From Patescibacteria group bacterium (GTDB taxonomy: Bacteria > Patescibacteriota > Microgenomatia > UBA8517): a stretch of DNA of 64,000 bases. The DNA lies in NCBI GenBank assembly GCA_038206135.1, contig JBBRBD010000005.1, positions 467 through 64,466 of the forward strand. The letters are read 5' to 3'. The notes beneath the pieces were generated by a model. That model did no database searches and had not been told where the DNA came from. It saw only the letters and a program-made list of their open reading frames with translations. The position numbers and the translations under genes are program-made. This document shows, in pieces, positions 36,365-46,230 of this stretch (within the stretch, counting starts at the first letter, position 1; every line of letters starts with the position of its first letter).

Positions 36365-37600
36365 ATGAGTGAAACGTTAAAATTTAAAAACCGAACACTC
36401 GCTGTTGTTTCATTCACAGTTTTTTTAGATATGCTTGGGTTTGGAATTCTAGTGCCACTCGTACCACTTCTAATCATAAACCCTCATGCTTCTTACTCAG
36501 TTTTAGGTCCCCAGGTTGGATCAGATGCTCGTTATATTGTTCTGGGGATTCTTATCGCTCTTTTTCCTTTTACCCAACTATTTGCCACTCCAATATTAGG
36601 TGATATATCCGATACGATCGGACGAAAGAAAGTACTGTTATTCTCGATAATAGGCACCTGCATTTCATATTTTCTTATGGTGCTTGGTGTTGAAATGAAA
36701 AGTATTTTGCTTTTACTAGTTGCTCGTGCACTTGACGGGGTGTCTGGTGGAAATCTCTCTGTAGCCCAAGCTGTGGTGGCCGACATAAGTCAGAAAGAAA
36801 CTCGTGCTCGCAATTTTGCCTTTCTTTCAGCCGCATTTGGACTCGGATTTGTTCTTGGTCCAATTGTTGGGACTCATTTACAAAGAAGTGTATGGGGACT
36901 CAGTACTCCATTTATAGTAACTTTTGTACTTTCTATAGTTAATATTATCTTTTTACAATTCTTTTTAGTTGAAACTCGAAAGAAATCTGCAATAAAAAAC
37001 AAAATTCGTTGGCACCGAGCGATTACTCACATCAAAAGTGCACTTCAAATGCGCGGTATTCGTCTGTATTTTACGGTAAACTTTTTTCTACAAGGTGCAT
37101 TTGCAACACTGACTGCATTTTTGTCAGTATTTGTGATTAATCGCTCAAGCTTATCAGAAAATCAGTTTGGTTTTGTACTTTCATATCTTGGAGTGTGGAT
37201 GGTTATTGGTCAAATAGCATTGACTAGAATAGTTGCAGCTAAATATGGAGAACTAAGAGCATTCTACTTTTGCTTACTTGGGCTTGCATTATCCACAGTC
37301 TCGCTTCTTTTAGCACATGGATTTATTTCATTTTTAATCATTACTCCATTTATTTCTATTTTTCTCGGGTTATCACAAGCTTTGTTGCTCAGTTTATTGA
37401 GCGGATCTGTCTCAAGTGCAGAGCAAGGGGAAGTAATGGGAATAAATACCTCTGTGACAGCACTAGCCCAAACAATACCGCCAATTCTTGGTGGTCTTGC
37501 AGCTGCTGCGTTTTCCCCTTCAACGCCAATTATTTTTGCGGCTGTGAGTTCACTCATAGCGTCAATTATCGTGAGAAGACGGGTGAAATTTGCGTCATAA
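36365..37600 (+). CDS. MFS transporter (TetA-like DHA1 family); alternative ATG 36353
   Basis: DMLGFGILVP, GDISDTIGRKKVL, ARALDG, GLGFVLGP. Confidence 0.9.
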   Translation: MSETLKFKNRTLAVVSFTVFLDMLGFGILVPLVPLLIINPHASYSVLGPQVGSDARYIVLGILIALFPFTQLFATPILGDISDTIGRKKVLLFSIIGTCISYFLMVLGVEMKSILLLLVARALDGVSGGNLSVAQAVVADISQKETRARNFAFLSAAFGLGFVLGPIVGTHLQRSVWGLSTPFIVTFVLSIVNIIFLQFFLVETRKKSAIKNKIRWHRAITHIKSALQMRGIRLYFTVNFFLQGAFATLTAFLSVFVINRSSLSENQFGFVLSYLGVWMVIGQIALTRIVAAKYGELRAFYFCLLGLALSTVSLLLAHGFISFLIITPFISIFLGLSQALLLSLLSGSVSSAEQGEVMGINTSVTALAQTIPPILGGLAAAAFSPSTPIIFAAVSSLIASIIVRRRVKFAS

Positions 37601-37618
37601 ATACTGTAATATAAATAT

Positions 37619-38182
37619 ATGGACTTACGGACAATTCCTGATGAAGATTTGGTCGTGTATGTGCGCGAGGTAGATCTGAGCGTCTATCGTGAAGTTGTCG
37701 ATAGATATGATATACAACTTTTGCGTTATGCACGCAATTTGCTTGGAAATGAACTTACGGCTCATACTGTTGTTCAGGAATCTTTTATTTCGGTATATAA
37801 AAATATCAATGCATTTAATCCACGACTAAAATTATCAAATTTTTTGTACCGGGCGGTTCATCAAGAGGCATTGGGCTTTATCTCAAAACATTTGCATCAT
37901 GCGAAGAAAGGCGAATTTGAAGACTTTGCCGAAGAGTTTATAAGTGAGGAAGATATTGAGACGGAATTTTCAGATAAAGAACTTATAAAACATATCCAAA
38001 TGAGTTTGCATGCTTTACCGATAAAATATCGTGAACCTTTGATACTCCATTTCTTTGAACAAAAAAGCTACGATGAAATAGTTGGAATTTTGCAAATATC
38101 AGCCTCAGCTGTCGCTGCACGAATTTCTGTTGGAAAATCCCTTGTAAAAAAACATGTTGAAACGAAAAAAAATAACCACTGA
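37619..38182 (+). CDS. ECF-type sigma-70 factor
   Basis: Region 2 (VVQESFISVY) and region 4 (LPIKYREPLILHFFEQKSYDEIV). Confidence 0.82.
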   Translation: MDLRTIPDEDLVVYVREVDLSVYREVVDRYDIQLLRYARNLLGNELTAHTVVQESFISVYKNINAFNPRLKLSNFLYRAVHQEALGFISKHLHHAKKGEFEDFAEEFISEEDIETEFSDKELIKHIQMSLHALPIKYREPLILHFFEQKSYDEIVGILQISASAVAARISVGKSLVKKHVETKKNNH

Positions 38183-38831
38183 ACCAGAACAACACGTGCT
38201 TGGTAGGCGTGTAATGGAGCGGATTCGTGCTGAGAAAATTGAGCCAGTTCCGGTCTCGACATTTCTAGTTCACAAACTGCTTTTAGGTATTGCAATAGCT
38301 TTGTCAGGATTTATTGCAGTTTTTTTTACAAGTATTGTGTTTTATCGAATAGTTGCAATTCAATTTTTTGGGAGAACGTTTATTTTTGAACACTTTCCAT
38401 GGTTTGCATCAGGCCTTGCCCTCTGTGGAGTGCTTCTCACTTTCGCATTGCTTGAATATTACAAAGTATTGTATAAGTTTTCGCTTATTAGTTTATTTAT
38501 TTTTGTCTGTGTTGTCTCAGCCGCAGGAGGATTTTTATTGAATAAAACACCCCTGCATACACGACTTGAAAACAGTATTGTGGGTGGAATATATGCGGTA
38601 GAGGAGACACCACTGCATGTATATGCGGGTCGTGCAATTGAAGTGCGGACACAAAACTCTTTTGTGCTAGAGACTTTAAGAGGTGACCACTTACATGTAT
38701 ACATTCCAGCCGGCGTAAGACTTCCAGCAGATGGAATCAATGAAGGGCAATCAATCTTTGTTGCAGGCTATCAAAAAGGAGGACAGTTTGTCGTTAAAGG
38801 TGTTCTAACAATTGGAAAACCGAAGGCTTAA
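38154..38831 (+). CDS. Membrane protein, putative anti-sigma partner
   Basis: Overlaps sigma 3' end; 3 TM plus OB-like C-terminus. Confidence 0.6.
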   Translation: MLKRKKITTEPEQHVLGRRVMERIRAEKIEPVPVSTFLVHKLLLGIAIALSGFIAVFFTSIVFYRIVAIQFFGRTFIFEHFPWFASGLALCGVLLTFALLEYYKVLYKFSLISLFIFVCVVSAAGGFLLNKTPLHTRLENSIVGGIYAVEETPLHVYAGRAIEVRTQNSFVLETLRGDHLHVYIPAGVRLPADGINEGQSIFVAGYQKGGQFVVKGVLTIGKPKA

Positions 38832-39187
38832 CGGAAGTTTATTTTACGAACTCCAAAGGTATTTGTCTTCTTCTCAACTGGTTTCATGATCATACGCTTA
38901 ATACCTACTTGGTCAATTTTTGGGAAGTGTTTTCGCACTTCTTCTTGAAATTTTTCTGCAAGTTTACTGGTATAACTGCTAAAGCCGTTTACTTCACTCC
39001 GTTTACACAAAATATCTTCATATTTTCTCACAATTCCCATGACAAGTTTCCCTTTTTCATTGAATTGCTCCTGTGCTTTCGATTCATTCAATGCGTATTC
39101 ATCGTGAATCTTTTGAAATTCGTCAAAAAGCGCTTTATTGTCATGAACCATTTGTTCGTACGCTTCTTTGTATCTGGTTTGTGCCAT
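38828..39187 (-). CDS. Hypothetical helical protein
   Basis: MAQTRYKEAY start with TATAAT 10 nt upstream. Confidence 0.7.
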   Translation of the reverse strand: MAQTRYKEAYEQMVHDNKALFDEFQKIHDEYALNESKAQEQFNEKGKLVMGIVRKYEDILCKRSEVNGFSSYTSKLAEKFQEEVRKHFPKIDQVGIKRMIMKPVEKKTNTFGVRKINFR

Positions 39188-39231
39188 ATGTAAATTGATT
39201 ATACAAAATGAAAACGAAATCTTCACCCATT

Positions 39232-39258
39232 AAAAACACCCTCAGTATCTGAGGGTGT
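39232..39258 (-). terminator. Intrinsic terminator
   Basis: A-tract then ACACCCTCAG-tat-CTGAGGGTGT. Confidence 0.75.
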
Positions 39259-39272
39259 AGAGAGTATGCGCT

Positions 39273-39647
39273 TTATCGCGTTTTATCTCTCTTTGCATTG
39301 TGAGAAAGTGGTCGCCCTGTGTGTGTCTTGCCGTTAATATGACGAAATTTCACTTTCCATTGTCGCAACTGTGCGTGACTCGGATACAGGTGAATAAAAG
39401 GTCCACTGGCTGCTGTTATGCTAGGCAGTTGCGAGGCACGTTCCCTGAATTTTAACGGGCGAATGGCAGAAAATGTTGGTAACAAGCCATAGGTGTCACC
39501 TGAACTCAACGGTAATTGAACCGGGACGAAACAGGCTAAAACACCGCCGTTCTTTGCTTGACGTCCACTTTGGAGCAACATATAGCGAGTGACGATCATT
39601 ATGGTTACCACTACCGTCAATGAAAAAGCCAGGCTAGTCGTATTCAT
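39273..39647 (-). CDS. Orphan protein with N-terminal TM (cassette type)
   Basis: GGAGG SD, TTGTGT-17-TATAAT promoter, own terminator. Confidence 0.65.
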   Translation of the reverse strand: MNTTSLAFSLTVVVTIMIVTRYMLLQSGRQAKNGGVLACFVPVQLPLSSGDTYGLLPTFSAIRPLKFRERASQLPSITAASGPFIHLYPSHAQLRQWKVKFRHINGKTHTGRPLSHNAKRDKTR

Positions 39648-39709
39648 GTTTTCCTCCCAAAGTAAATAAACTTGAAGAAATTATACTATAAGTCTATCAA
39701 TAACACAAA

Positions 39710-39976
39710 TCACTGTGTATTGTCTTTCGTTTTTTGATACCAACTGAACATATTTGCTGCGTATACATCAAGCTTTTGCATTTCTATCATTACTTGGTCC
39801 CGAATTTCAAGCGAACTAAACTCTTGTTTGTTCTGAGCTTGTACCCAGGTTTTTAAATTATTAACGAGAGTTGTAGCATTATCGGGAGAAAGACCAGCAG
39901 CGACTACAACGCGGTCAATCTTTTCTTCATCAAATGGTTCCTTTGTTCCATCTCTCTTTATTATTTGTATATTCAT
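39710..39976 (-). CDS. Stand-alone ATP-cone domain protein
   Basis: IIKRDGTKEPFDEEKI and SSLEIRDQV; 88 aa. Confidence 0.85.
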   Translation of the reverse strand: MNIQIIKRDGTKEPFDEEKIDRVVVAAGLSPDNATTLVNNLKTWVQAQNKQEFSSLEIRDQVMIEMQKLDVYAANMFSWYQKTKDNTQ

Positions 39977-40077
39977 GCGATGTCTATTCTAGACGAGTAT
40001 TAGATTTAAGGCAAACTTGATATGGGACCTATAATGAATTAAAATACAATATCAATATTGCTAGCGAAGGGACACGT

Positions 40078-40542
40078 ATGTATTTAACTGCAGAAACAAC
40101 TGCCGCGATCAATGAATGTGGTGCACGACTTTCGCAAGACGCTGAGGCTTACGAAGAAGCAAAGCAGCTGTTTGAAAAGCTTAATAAGTCTTTGCGGAGT
40201 CCAGTAAGCGTACAGGTGCTTGAACAAAGTAAAGATGTTGCAAATAGAGTAGGATTTCCGAGCGAATTTCGTGAAGCAGATAGCTTACAACGATGCTTGA
40301 ATGAGATTCTAAACGTCGCCCGCCGCTTCCGACAACAGCAACGGCTTGCCACTGTTGCAGGTGCTGAAAGCTTTACCGTCGGATTGTTTGTAATTAGGCA
40401 CAAGGAGTACGGAATTTGGGTTGAGGGTTTTGTAGTTGCAATTCATCCAAACGGAACGTTCACTTTTCGCGCGTCAGACAGGAAAGGTGTAGTACTTGAT
40501 CCCTGTAATCAAGTTACTGTCTGCCCAAAAGAGGATCGATAG
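40078..40542 (+). CDS. Orphan protein (cassette type)
   Basis: GAAGGGA SD, TTGATA-17-TAAAAT promoter, own terminator. Confidence 0.7.
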   Translation: MYLTAETTAAINECGARLSQDAEAYEEAKQLFEKLNKSLRSPVSVQVLEQSKDVANRVGFPSEFREADSLQRCLNEILNVARRFRQQQRLATVAGAESFTVGLFVIRHKEYGIWVEGFVVAIHPNGTFTFRASDRKGVVLDPCNQVTVCPKEDR

Positions 40543-40556
40543 ATTATGTTCAAATT

Positions 40557-40582
40557 GACGGCTCATGTAGCCGTCTTTTTTT
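40557..40582 (+). terminator. Intrinsic terminator
   Basis: GACGGCT-catgt-AGCCGTC then T7. Confidence 0.75.
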
Positions 40583-40597
40583 GTGTCAATTTGAATA

Positions 40598-40613
40598 CTC
40601 AGCAAATATTCAG
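40598..40613 (+). promoter_or_regulatory. Candidate OmpR-family direct-repeat box 1
   Basis: CTCAG-N6-TTCAG, 9 nt before TATACT. Confidence 0.55.
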
Positions 40614-40636
40614 CTGTATAGATATACTATATTTAT

Positions 40637-41311
40637 ATGAGAATACTTGTTGTTGAAGATGAACATAAAATTGCCAACTCTATAAAAAAAGGACTTGAAC
40701 AAGAGTCTTTTGCAGTGGACATCGCCTATGATGGCGTGGAAGGCTATGACCTTGCGTCTACTGAACCGTACGATGTCATTTTATTAGACCTCATGCTTCC
40801 TGGTATGAATGGAATGGAAATTTGCAAAAAACTTCGTGAAAATAAAGTGCACACTCCTATTTTAATGCTTACCGCCAGAGGAGAAATTGAAGATAGAGTA
40901 AAGGGCTTAAATACGGGAGCTGATGATTATCTAATCAAACCGTTTGCCTTTGAAGAGCTTGTGGCGCGTATTAAGGCAATTGCGAGAAGACCGAAAGAGG
41001 CTATTGAAACGCTGATAAAAATGGACACCCTATCGCTCGACACGACCAGTTATGCAGTAAAGAGAGGTGAAACAGCAATAGATCTAACTAGGAAGGAGTT
41101 CTCGCTTCTTGCATTTTTAATGCGTCACAATGGTCAAACATTAAGTAAAGAGCAAATTATGGAATCTGTGTGGAGTTATGAAGCAGATATATTACCAAAC
41201 ACCGTTGAAGTATATATTGGCTATTTGCGAAACAAAATTGATCGAGCATTTCCTCATGAGAAACAGCTTGTGCACACTGTTCGTGGATTTGGGTATAAAC
41301 TTAGTCCATAA
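40637..41311 (+). CDS. OmpR/PhoB-family response regulator
   Basis: MRILVVEDE, LLDLMLPG, GADDYLIKPF, HTVRGFGY. Confidence 0.96.
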   Translation: MRILVVEDEHKIANSIKKGLEQESFAVDIAYDGVEGYDLASTEPYDVILLDLMLPGMNGMEICKKLRENKVHTPILMLTARGEIEDRVKGLNTGADDYLIKPFAFEELVARIKAIARRPKEAIETLIKMDTLSLDTTSYAVKRGETAIDLTRKEFSLLAFLMRHNGQTLSKEQIMESVWSYEADILPNTVEVYIGYLRNKIDRAFPHEKQLVHTVRGFGYKLSP

Positions 41312-41314
41312 CTG

Positions 41315-42301
41315 ATGCAAATATTCCACTTCACACGAGTTAAGCTTACCTCCTGGTATGTTGCCATCATTATGATTGTTAGTATTTCGTTTAGTGGATT
41401 TGTATACCGTGGCGTTATGGCCGAAGTCAGCCGTGGCCTTCACTTGAGAGCTGTACGCACACCTTTTTATTCTGAGCAATATTTAGCAGATGATGATGCA
41501 CTCTATGAAGAAATTCGAAAACAGGTAATAACACAACTTATGCTTGTTAATTTAGTTATTTTTGCAGGAAGTGCAGCTGCTGGGTATTTTCTTGCGGGAA
41601 GAACACTAGCTCCAATTGAGATTATGCTTGAAGAACAAAAACGTTTTGTTGGTGATGCTTCACATGAGTTGCGGACCCCTTTAACTTCACTAAGAACTGA
41701 AATTGAAGTTGCACTTCGTACTAAAGATCACAATGCTGAAACAAAAGAGCTTTTACAAAGTAACCTTGAAGAAGTAAATAAAATGCAATCACTTACGGCT
41801 TATTTATTAAGTCTTTCTCGGTATGAGCGGGGAGACCTGAAACTCGTAAAAGAAACAATGTCACTTGATGGTGCGGTTAAAAAAGCAGTTAAAGCGCTTT
41901 TGCCACAGGCAGAAAAACGAAAAGTAAAAATTAAAGTAAATACAATCCCAGTTGAAATAGTTGGAAACCAGGCAAGTATTGCCGAGCTTATAACAATACT
42001 TTTAGATAATGCAATTAAGTACAGCAACGAAAACAGTGCTGTTTCAATACGAGTTAAGAGAGTAGGAACGCGGTCAGTTCTAGAAATTGTCGACAGGGGA
42101 ATGGGTATTAAAGGCGCAGATCTCCCGCACATTTTTGATCGTTTTTATCGAGCCGACTTATCTCGAACTAAGAAAAACATTGATGGGTACGGACTGGGGC
42201 TTTCAATTGCGAAAAGTATAGTTGAGCTACACAATGCAAAAATAGACGTTAAAAGTATCCTTGAAAAAGGTACAACCTTCACCGTTACTTTTGTTCGCTA
42301 A
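41315..42301 (+). CDS. Sensor histidine kinase
   Basis: 2 TM, DASHELRTPLT, LDNAIKY, DRGMGI, GYGLGLSIA. Confidence 0.96.
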   Translation: MQIFHFTRVKLTSWYVAIIMIVSISFSGFVYRGVMAEVSRGLHLRAVRTPFYSEQYLADDDALYEEIRKQVITQLMLVNLVIFAGSAAAGYFLAGRTLAPIEIMLEEQKRFVGDASHELRTPLTSLRTEIEVALRTKDHNAETKELLQSNLEEVNKMQSLTAYLLSLSRYERGDLKLVKETMSLDGAVKKAVKALLPQAEKRKVKIKVNTIPVEIVGNQASIAELITILLDNAIKYSNENSAVSIRVKRVGTRSVLEIVDRGMGIKGADLPHIFDRFYRADLSRTKKNIDGYGLGLSIAKSIVELHNAKIDVKSILEKGTTFTVTFVR

Positions 42302-42313
42302 GCTTATCTTCAG
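42298..42313 (+). promoter_or_regulatory. Candidate OmpR-family direct-repeat box 2
   Basis: CTAAG-N6-TTCAG, 10 nt before TACGCT. Confidence 0.5.
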
Positions 42314-42364
42314 TTTTCCTTGATACGCTGTACCTTCAATGAGAAAGCGAGGTGATCTACACAA

Positions 42365-42850
42365 ATGAAAAAGCGAGTAATTATTCCGACCATTGCATTA
42401 ATTGCAATTCTTGGAGCAGTCACTATTGGAACTGTTACTGTTTCTGCACAAAGCCCGATGTATGGAAACTTGATCACACAAATCGCACAGAAATTTAATT
42501 TGAAAGAGAGTGATGTGCAAGATGTTGTTAATCAAGTAAGAGCGACGCAACAGACCACGATGAAAACAAAGTGGCAAGATCGATTAACTCAAGCGGTGAC
42601 TGATGGCAAAATAACTGATGTACAAAGACAAGCAATTATTGCCAAGCATAATGAGCTGCAGACTCAGTTCACAAGCCTGCAAGGATTATCAGTGACAGAC
42701 CGTAAGGCAAAGATGGCTCAAATTCAGTCTGATCTGAAAACATGGGCAACTGCAAATGGACTTGATAGTAAATTTTTGGGACTCATTGGAATGAGACCTG
42801 GGTTTAGAGGAGGATTCAGATTAGGGTATTGGGCAGGAAATAATTCATAA
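42365..42850 (+). CDS. Secreted helical protein
   Basis: Signal peptide, RLTQAVTDGKITDVQ motif, GAGGTG SD. Confidence 0.75.
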   Translation: MKKRVIIPTIALIAILGAVTIGTVTVSAQSPMYGNLITQIAQKFNLKESDVQDVVNQVRATQQTTMKTKWQDRLTQAVTDGKITDVQRQAIIAKHNELQTQFTSLQGLSVTDRKAKMAQIQSDLKTWATANGLDSKFLGLIGMRPGFRGGFRLGYWAGNNS

Positions 42851-42873
42851 TTATTTCTTTACGCTCGCATGAG

Positions 42874-42905
42874 GAAATGCCGCCTAGAAAGCGGCATTTC
42901 TTTTT
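42874..42905 (+). terminator. Intrinsic terminator
   Basis: GAAATGCCGC-N7-GCGGCATTTC then TTTTT. Confidence 0.8.
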
Positions 42906-42927
42906 GATATAAAAACTATATCTATTT

Positions 42928-42943
42928 TTCAGTCTGCTCTCAG
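42928..42943 (+). promoter_or_regulatory. Candidate OmpR-family direct-repeat box 3
   Basis: TTCAG-N6-CTCAG upstream of TGCTATGAT. Confidence 0.5.
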
Positions 42944-42969
42944 GAAAAACGCTCATGCTATGATCAATT

Positions 42970-44229
42970 ATGATTAATCTTAGGGGGAAAATTAAAACAT
43001 TTGTATTTGGTCACAAACGAATTTCAGGCGTTGTGGCCCTTTTCTTGATGATTGCAGTTGTGCTTATTATTCGTAACCGAAATACCGCAACTCAGACCGT
43101 GACCCAGACTGGAACTGTCGATCGAGGTACGCTTGTTGTGAGTTTAGCCTCTTCTGGAGTTGTAACTGCAGCCAACAGTGCAACGGTTGACACCGCAGCT
43201 ACTGGAGTTGTTAAAAAGATATATGTCCAAAATGGACAAATGGTTAAATCAGGTGATCCAATAATTGAACTAGATCTTGACCAAGATTCAAAGCAAAAAT
43301 ATCTAGCAGCTTCTGCTTCATATATTAGCGCAAAAAATGCGGTAGCTTCTGCGCAGAACAGTCTTAACACCTTGCAAGCTTCAATGTTTAATGCAAATGC
43401 AAAATTTATTAATGATGCATCTGCGAGAAACCTTGATTCCACGGATCCTACATATATTCAAGAAAATGCAACCTGGTTGGCGGCTGAAAATTCTTATAAG
43501 AATCAACAGAATGCAATTTTAGCGTCAGAACAATCTCAGAGTAGTAATTGGCTTTCATATAAAAGTGCTTCACCTGTTGTTTATGCTCCAATTTCAGGTG
43601 TAGTTAACGGACTTTCCTTGACTGCAGGATCAGTTATTTCGTCTCAGTCCTCAAATTCAAATGCTGCGAGTGCGCAGCGAATTGCAAGTGTCGTGACTGG
43701 CGCAAATCCGACAATTACGTTGAATTTAACTCAAATTGATGTTCCTAAGGTGAAAATTGGAGACCGTGCAACGGTGACCCTTGATGCATTCGCTGGAAAA
43801 ACATATACCGGTAAAGTCGTGAGTATCGATACCGTGGGGAGTGTAAGTAGTAATGTCAGTACATATCCAACAGTTATTCAACTTGATACACAAAACACTG
43901 AAATGTATCCAAATATGAGTGCCACGGCCAATATTATTTTGGACACAAGAGACAATGTTCTTTTAGTACAAAAAAGTGCGGTGCAAACAGCAAATGGCCA
44001 GTCAACAGTACGCATTATGAAAAATGGAGTTATGCAAAGCGTAAATGTTGAACTTGGTAAAAGTAGTGACACCCAAACTGAAATAGTTTCAGGCTTGTCC
44101 GAGGGAGATACTGTGATCACGAGTATTACAACATCAGCTACTTCGAAAACAACAACAGGTACCACTTCAATATTTAGTGGACTAAATAGATCTGGTGGAG
44201 CGGCTGTTAGAGTGCAAAGGGGAGGTTAA
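42970..44229 (+). CDS. MacA/YknX-like periplasmic adaptor (membrane fusion protein)
   Basis: TM, lipoyl half-motifs (GVVKKIYVQNGQMVKSG, APISGVV), EIVSGLSEGD. Confidence 0.9.
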   Translation: MINLRGKIKTFVFGHKRISGVVALFLMIAVVLIIRNRNTATQTVTQTGTVDRGTLVVSLASSGVVTAANSATVDTAATGVVKKIYVQNGQMVKSGDPIIELDLDQDSKQKYLAASASYISAKNAVASAQNSLNTLQASMFNANAKFINDASARNLDSTDPTYIQENATWLAAENSYKNQQNAILASEQSQSSNWLSYKSASPVVYAPISGVVNGLSLTAGSVISSQSSNSNAASAQRIASVVTGANPTITLNLTQIDVPKVKIGDRATVTLDAFAGKTYTGKVVSIDTVGSVSSNVSTYPTVIQLDTQNTEMYPNMSATANIILDTRDNVLLVQKSAVQTANGQSTVRIMKNGVMQSVNVELGKSSDTQTEIVSGLSEGDTVITSITTSATSKTTTGTTSIFSGLNRSGGAAVRVQRGG

Positions 44230-44245
44230 TTACACGTATTTATGT

Positions 44246-44944
44246 ATGATCAATGTTACACATTTAAGCAAAATCTATCGAACAGAACTTCTTGAAACGG
44301 TCGCGCTTTCAGATGTCACCTTCAATATAAAAAAGGGCGAATTTGTAGCAATAATGGGGCCTTCAGGTTCTGGAAAATCAACATTGATGCATATTTTAGG
44401 AGCGCTTGACCGCCCAACAAGTGGATCATATGTTCTGGATGGACAGAATGTTGAAAATCTGTCTGATGACGATTTAGCAGACATTCGAAATCAAAAAATT
44501 GGGTTTATTTTTCAAGCTTTTAATTTACTTCCACGAACAACCGCACTCAAAAATGTAATGTTACCGATGAGTTATGCTGGAATTGAAAAGGAAGAACGAG
44601 AAAAACGTGCTCGAAAATATTTAGAAATGGTTGGTCTAAAAGACCGAATGAACCACACTTCTGGACAACTGTCAGGTGGGCAGCAGCAGCGAGTTGCTAT
44701 TGCCAGAGGTCTTGCCATGAACCCGGCAATACTTCTAGCAGATGAACCGACTGGAAACATCGCAAGCAATCAGGCTGAAGAAATAATGGCGATATTTCAA
44801 AAATTAAATGATGATGGGCATACGGTTGTTATGATTACTCATGAACCTGATATAGCAGAACACGCAAAGCGAATTTTGCATGTAAAAGATGGAAAACTTG
44901 TTCGAGATGAAATCATAAAAAAGCGCAGAATTGCTAAAAAATAA
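44246..44944 (+). CDS. MacB/LolD-type ABC ATPase
   Basis: GPSGSGKST, LSGGQQQRVAIAR, LADEPTGN, ITHE. Confidence 0.95.
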   Translation: MINVTHLSKIYRTELLETVALSDVTFNIKKGEFVAIMGPSGSGKSTLMHILGALDRPTSGSYVLDGQNVENLSDDDLADIRNQKIGFIFQAFNLLPRTTALKNVMLPMSYAGIEKEEREKRARKYLEMVGLKDRMNHTSGQLSGGQQQRVAIARGLAMNPAILLADEPTGNIASNQAEEIMAIFQKLNDDGHTVVMITHEPDIAEHAKRILHVKDGKLVRDEIIKKRRIAKK

Positions 44945-44946
44945 AT

Positions 44947-46170
44947 ATGGAATATTTTGAAATTTTCAAAGAAGCATTTGGAAACCTCACTATTAATAAA
45001 TTGAGAACTGGACTTGCAGTTCTTGGAATCGTAATCGGAATTGGTTCAGTTATTGCACTTATTTCACTTGGGCAAAGTTCACAAAAATCTGTTGAAAATC
45101 AAATTCAATCTCTTGGGGCAAATCTTCTGACCGTAATTCCGGGAGCGCAAAGTTCAGGAGGTGTTCGGGGTGCAAGTGGTGGTAACACAACACTTACCCT
45201 CGACGATGCGTTATCAATGAAAATCTCTGCCGATGTCCCAGATATTTCAGACGTGTCTCCAGAATATTCCAGTCGATCACAGGTAGTCGCAGGAGGAAGT
45301 AATTCAAACACACAAGTAACCGGTGTATACCCACAATATCAAACAATTCACAAAGTCTATCTTTCTGATGGAGTTTTTTTTACACAGAGTGATATTGATT
45401 CATTGGCTAGAGTTGCTGTAATAGGCCCGACAACCGCTACCAACTTGTTTGGAGACAGTTTAGGTGCACTGGGACAAACAATTCGTGTAAATGGGCAGTC
45501 ACTTACTGTAGTTGGGGTAACTGTATCAAAGGGAGGAACAGGTTTTAGCAATCCAGATGATGCAATTTACGTACCTCTTTCAACTGCGATGAAAGTGCTC
45601 TTTGGCTCAACTCATATTTCTACAATTTCTGTTGAAGCAAAAACTGCTGATGTTATGACCCAAGCACAAGATGAAGTTGGCTATTTTTTATTGAAGAGAC
45701 ATAACATTACAGATCCAGCTTCTGCTGACTTCACCATTTTTTCTCAAAACGATATTTTGAGTACTGCTTCAAGTGTGACGGGTACATTTACCGCACTTCT
45801 TGGTGGTGTTGCTGCTATTTCGCTCCTTGTCGGTGGAATTGGAATTATGAATATTATGCTCGTCACGGTAACAGAGCGAACCCGTGAAATTGGGCTTCGA
45901 AAGGCACTTGGTGCAAAACGAAAAATTATTATTACCCAGTTTTTAATAGAAGCAACGCTTTTGACAGCCCTCGGAGGATTCTTTGGAATGATTTTGGGTA
46001 TTGGTATTTCGTATGTATTGTCTCTCATTATGACCTTGCCATTTACCGTCTCTCCAACGTCAGTTTTGTTAGCGATTGGTGTATCTGGAGGAATTGGGAT
46101 ATTGTTTGGCTGGTACCCCGCTCGAAAAGCGGCAGCACTACAGCCAATTGAAGCGCTGAGATATGAATAA
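44947..46170 (+). CDS. MacB/FtsX-family ABC permease
   Basis: LGIVIGIGSVI, GGIGIMNIMLVTVTERTREIGLRKALGA, PIEALRYE. Confidence 0.95.
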   Translation: MEYFEIFKEAFGNLTINKLRTGLAVLGIVIGIGSVIALISLGQSSQKSVENQIQSLGANLLTVIPGAQSSGGVRGASGGNTTLTLDDALSMKISADVPDISDVSPEYSSRSQVVAGGSNSNTQVTGVYPQYQTIHKVYLSDGVFFTQSDIDSLARVAVIGPTTATNLFGDSLGALGQTIRVNGQSLTVVGVTVSKGGTGFSNPDDAIYVPLSTAMKVLFGSTHISTISVEAKTADVMTQAQDEVGYFLLKRHNITDPASADFTIFSQNDILSTASSVTGTFTALLGGVAAISLLVGGIGIMNIMLVTVTERTREIGLRKALGAKRKIIITQFLIEATLLTALGGFFGMILGIGISYVLSLIMTLPFTVSPTSVLLAIGVSGGIGILFGWYPARKAAALQPIEALRYE

Positions 46171-46175
46171 CAATT

Positions 46176-46191
46176 TTAAGCATTTATTCAG
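46176..46191 (+). promoter_or_regulatory. Candidate OmpR-family direct-repeat box 4
   Basis: TTAAG-N6-TTCAG, 10 nt before TAAAGT. Confidence 0.5.
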
Positions 46192-46230
46192 AAACTACAT
46201 ATAAAGTGTTGAATACTGGAGGTGAATTTC

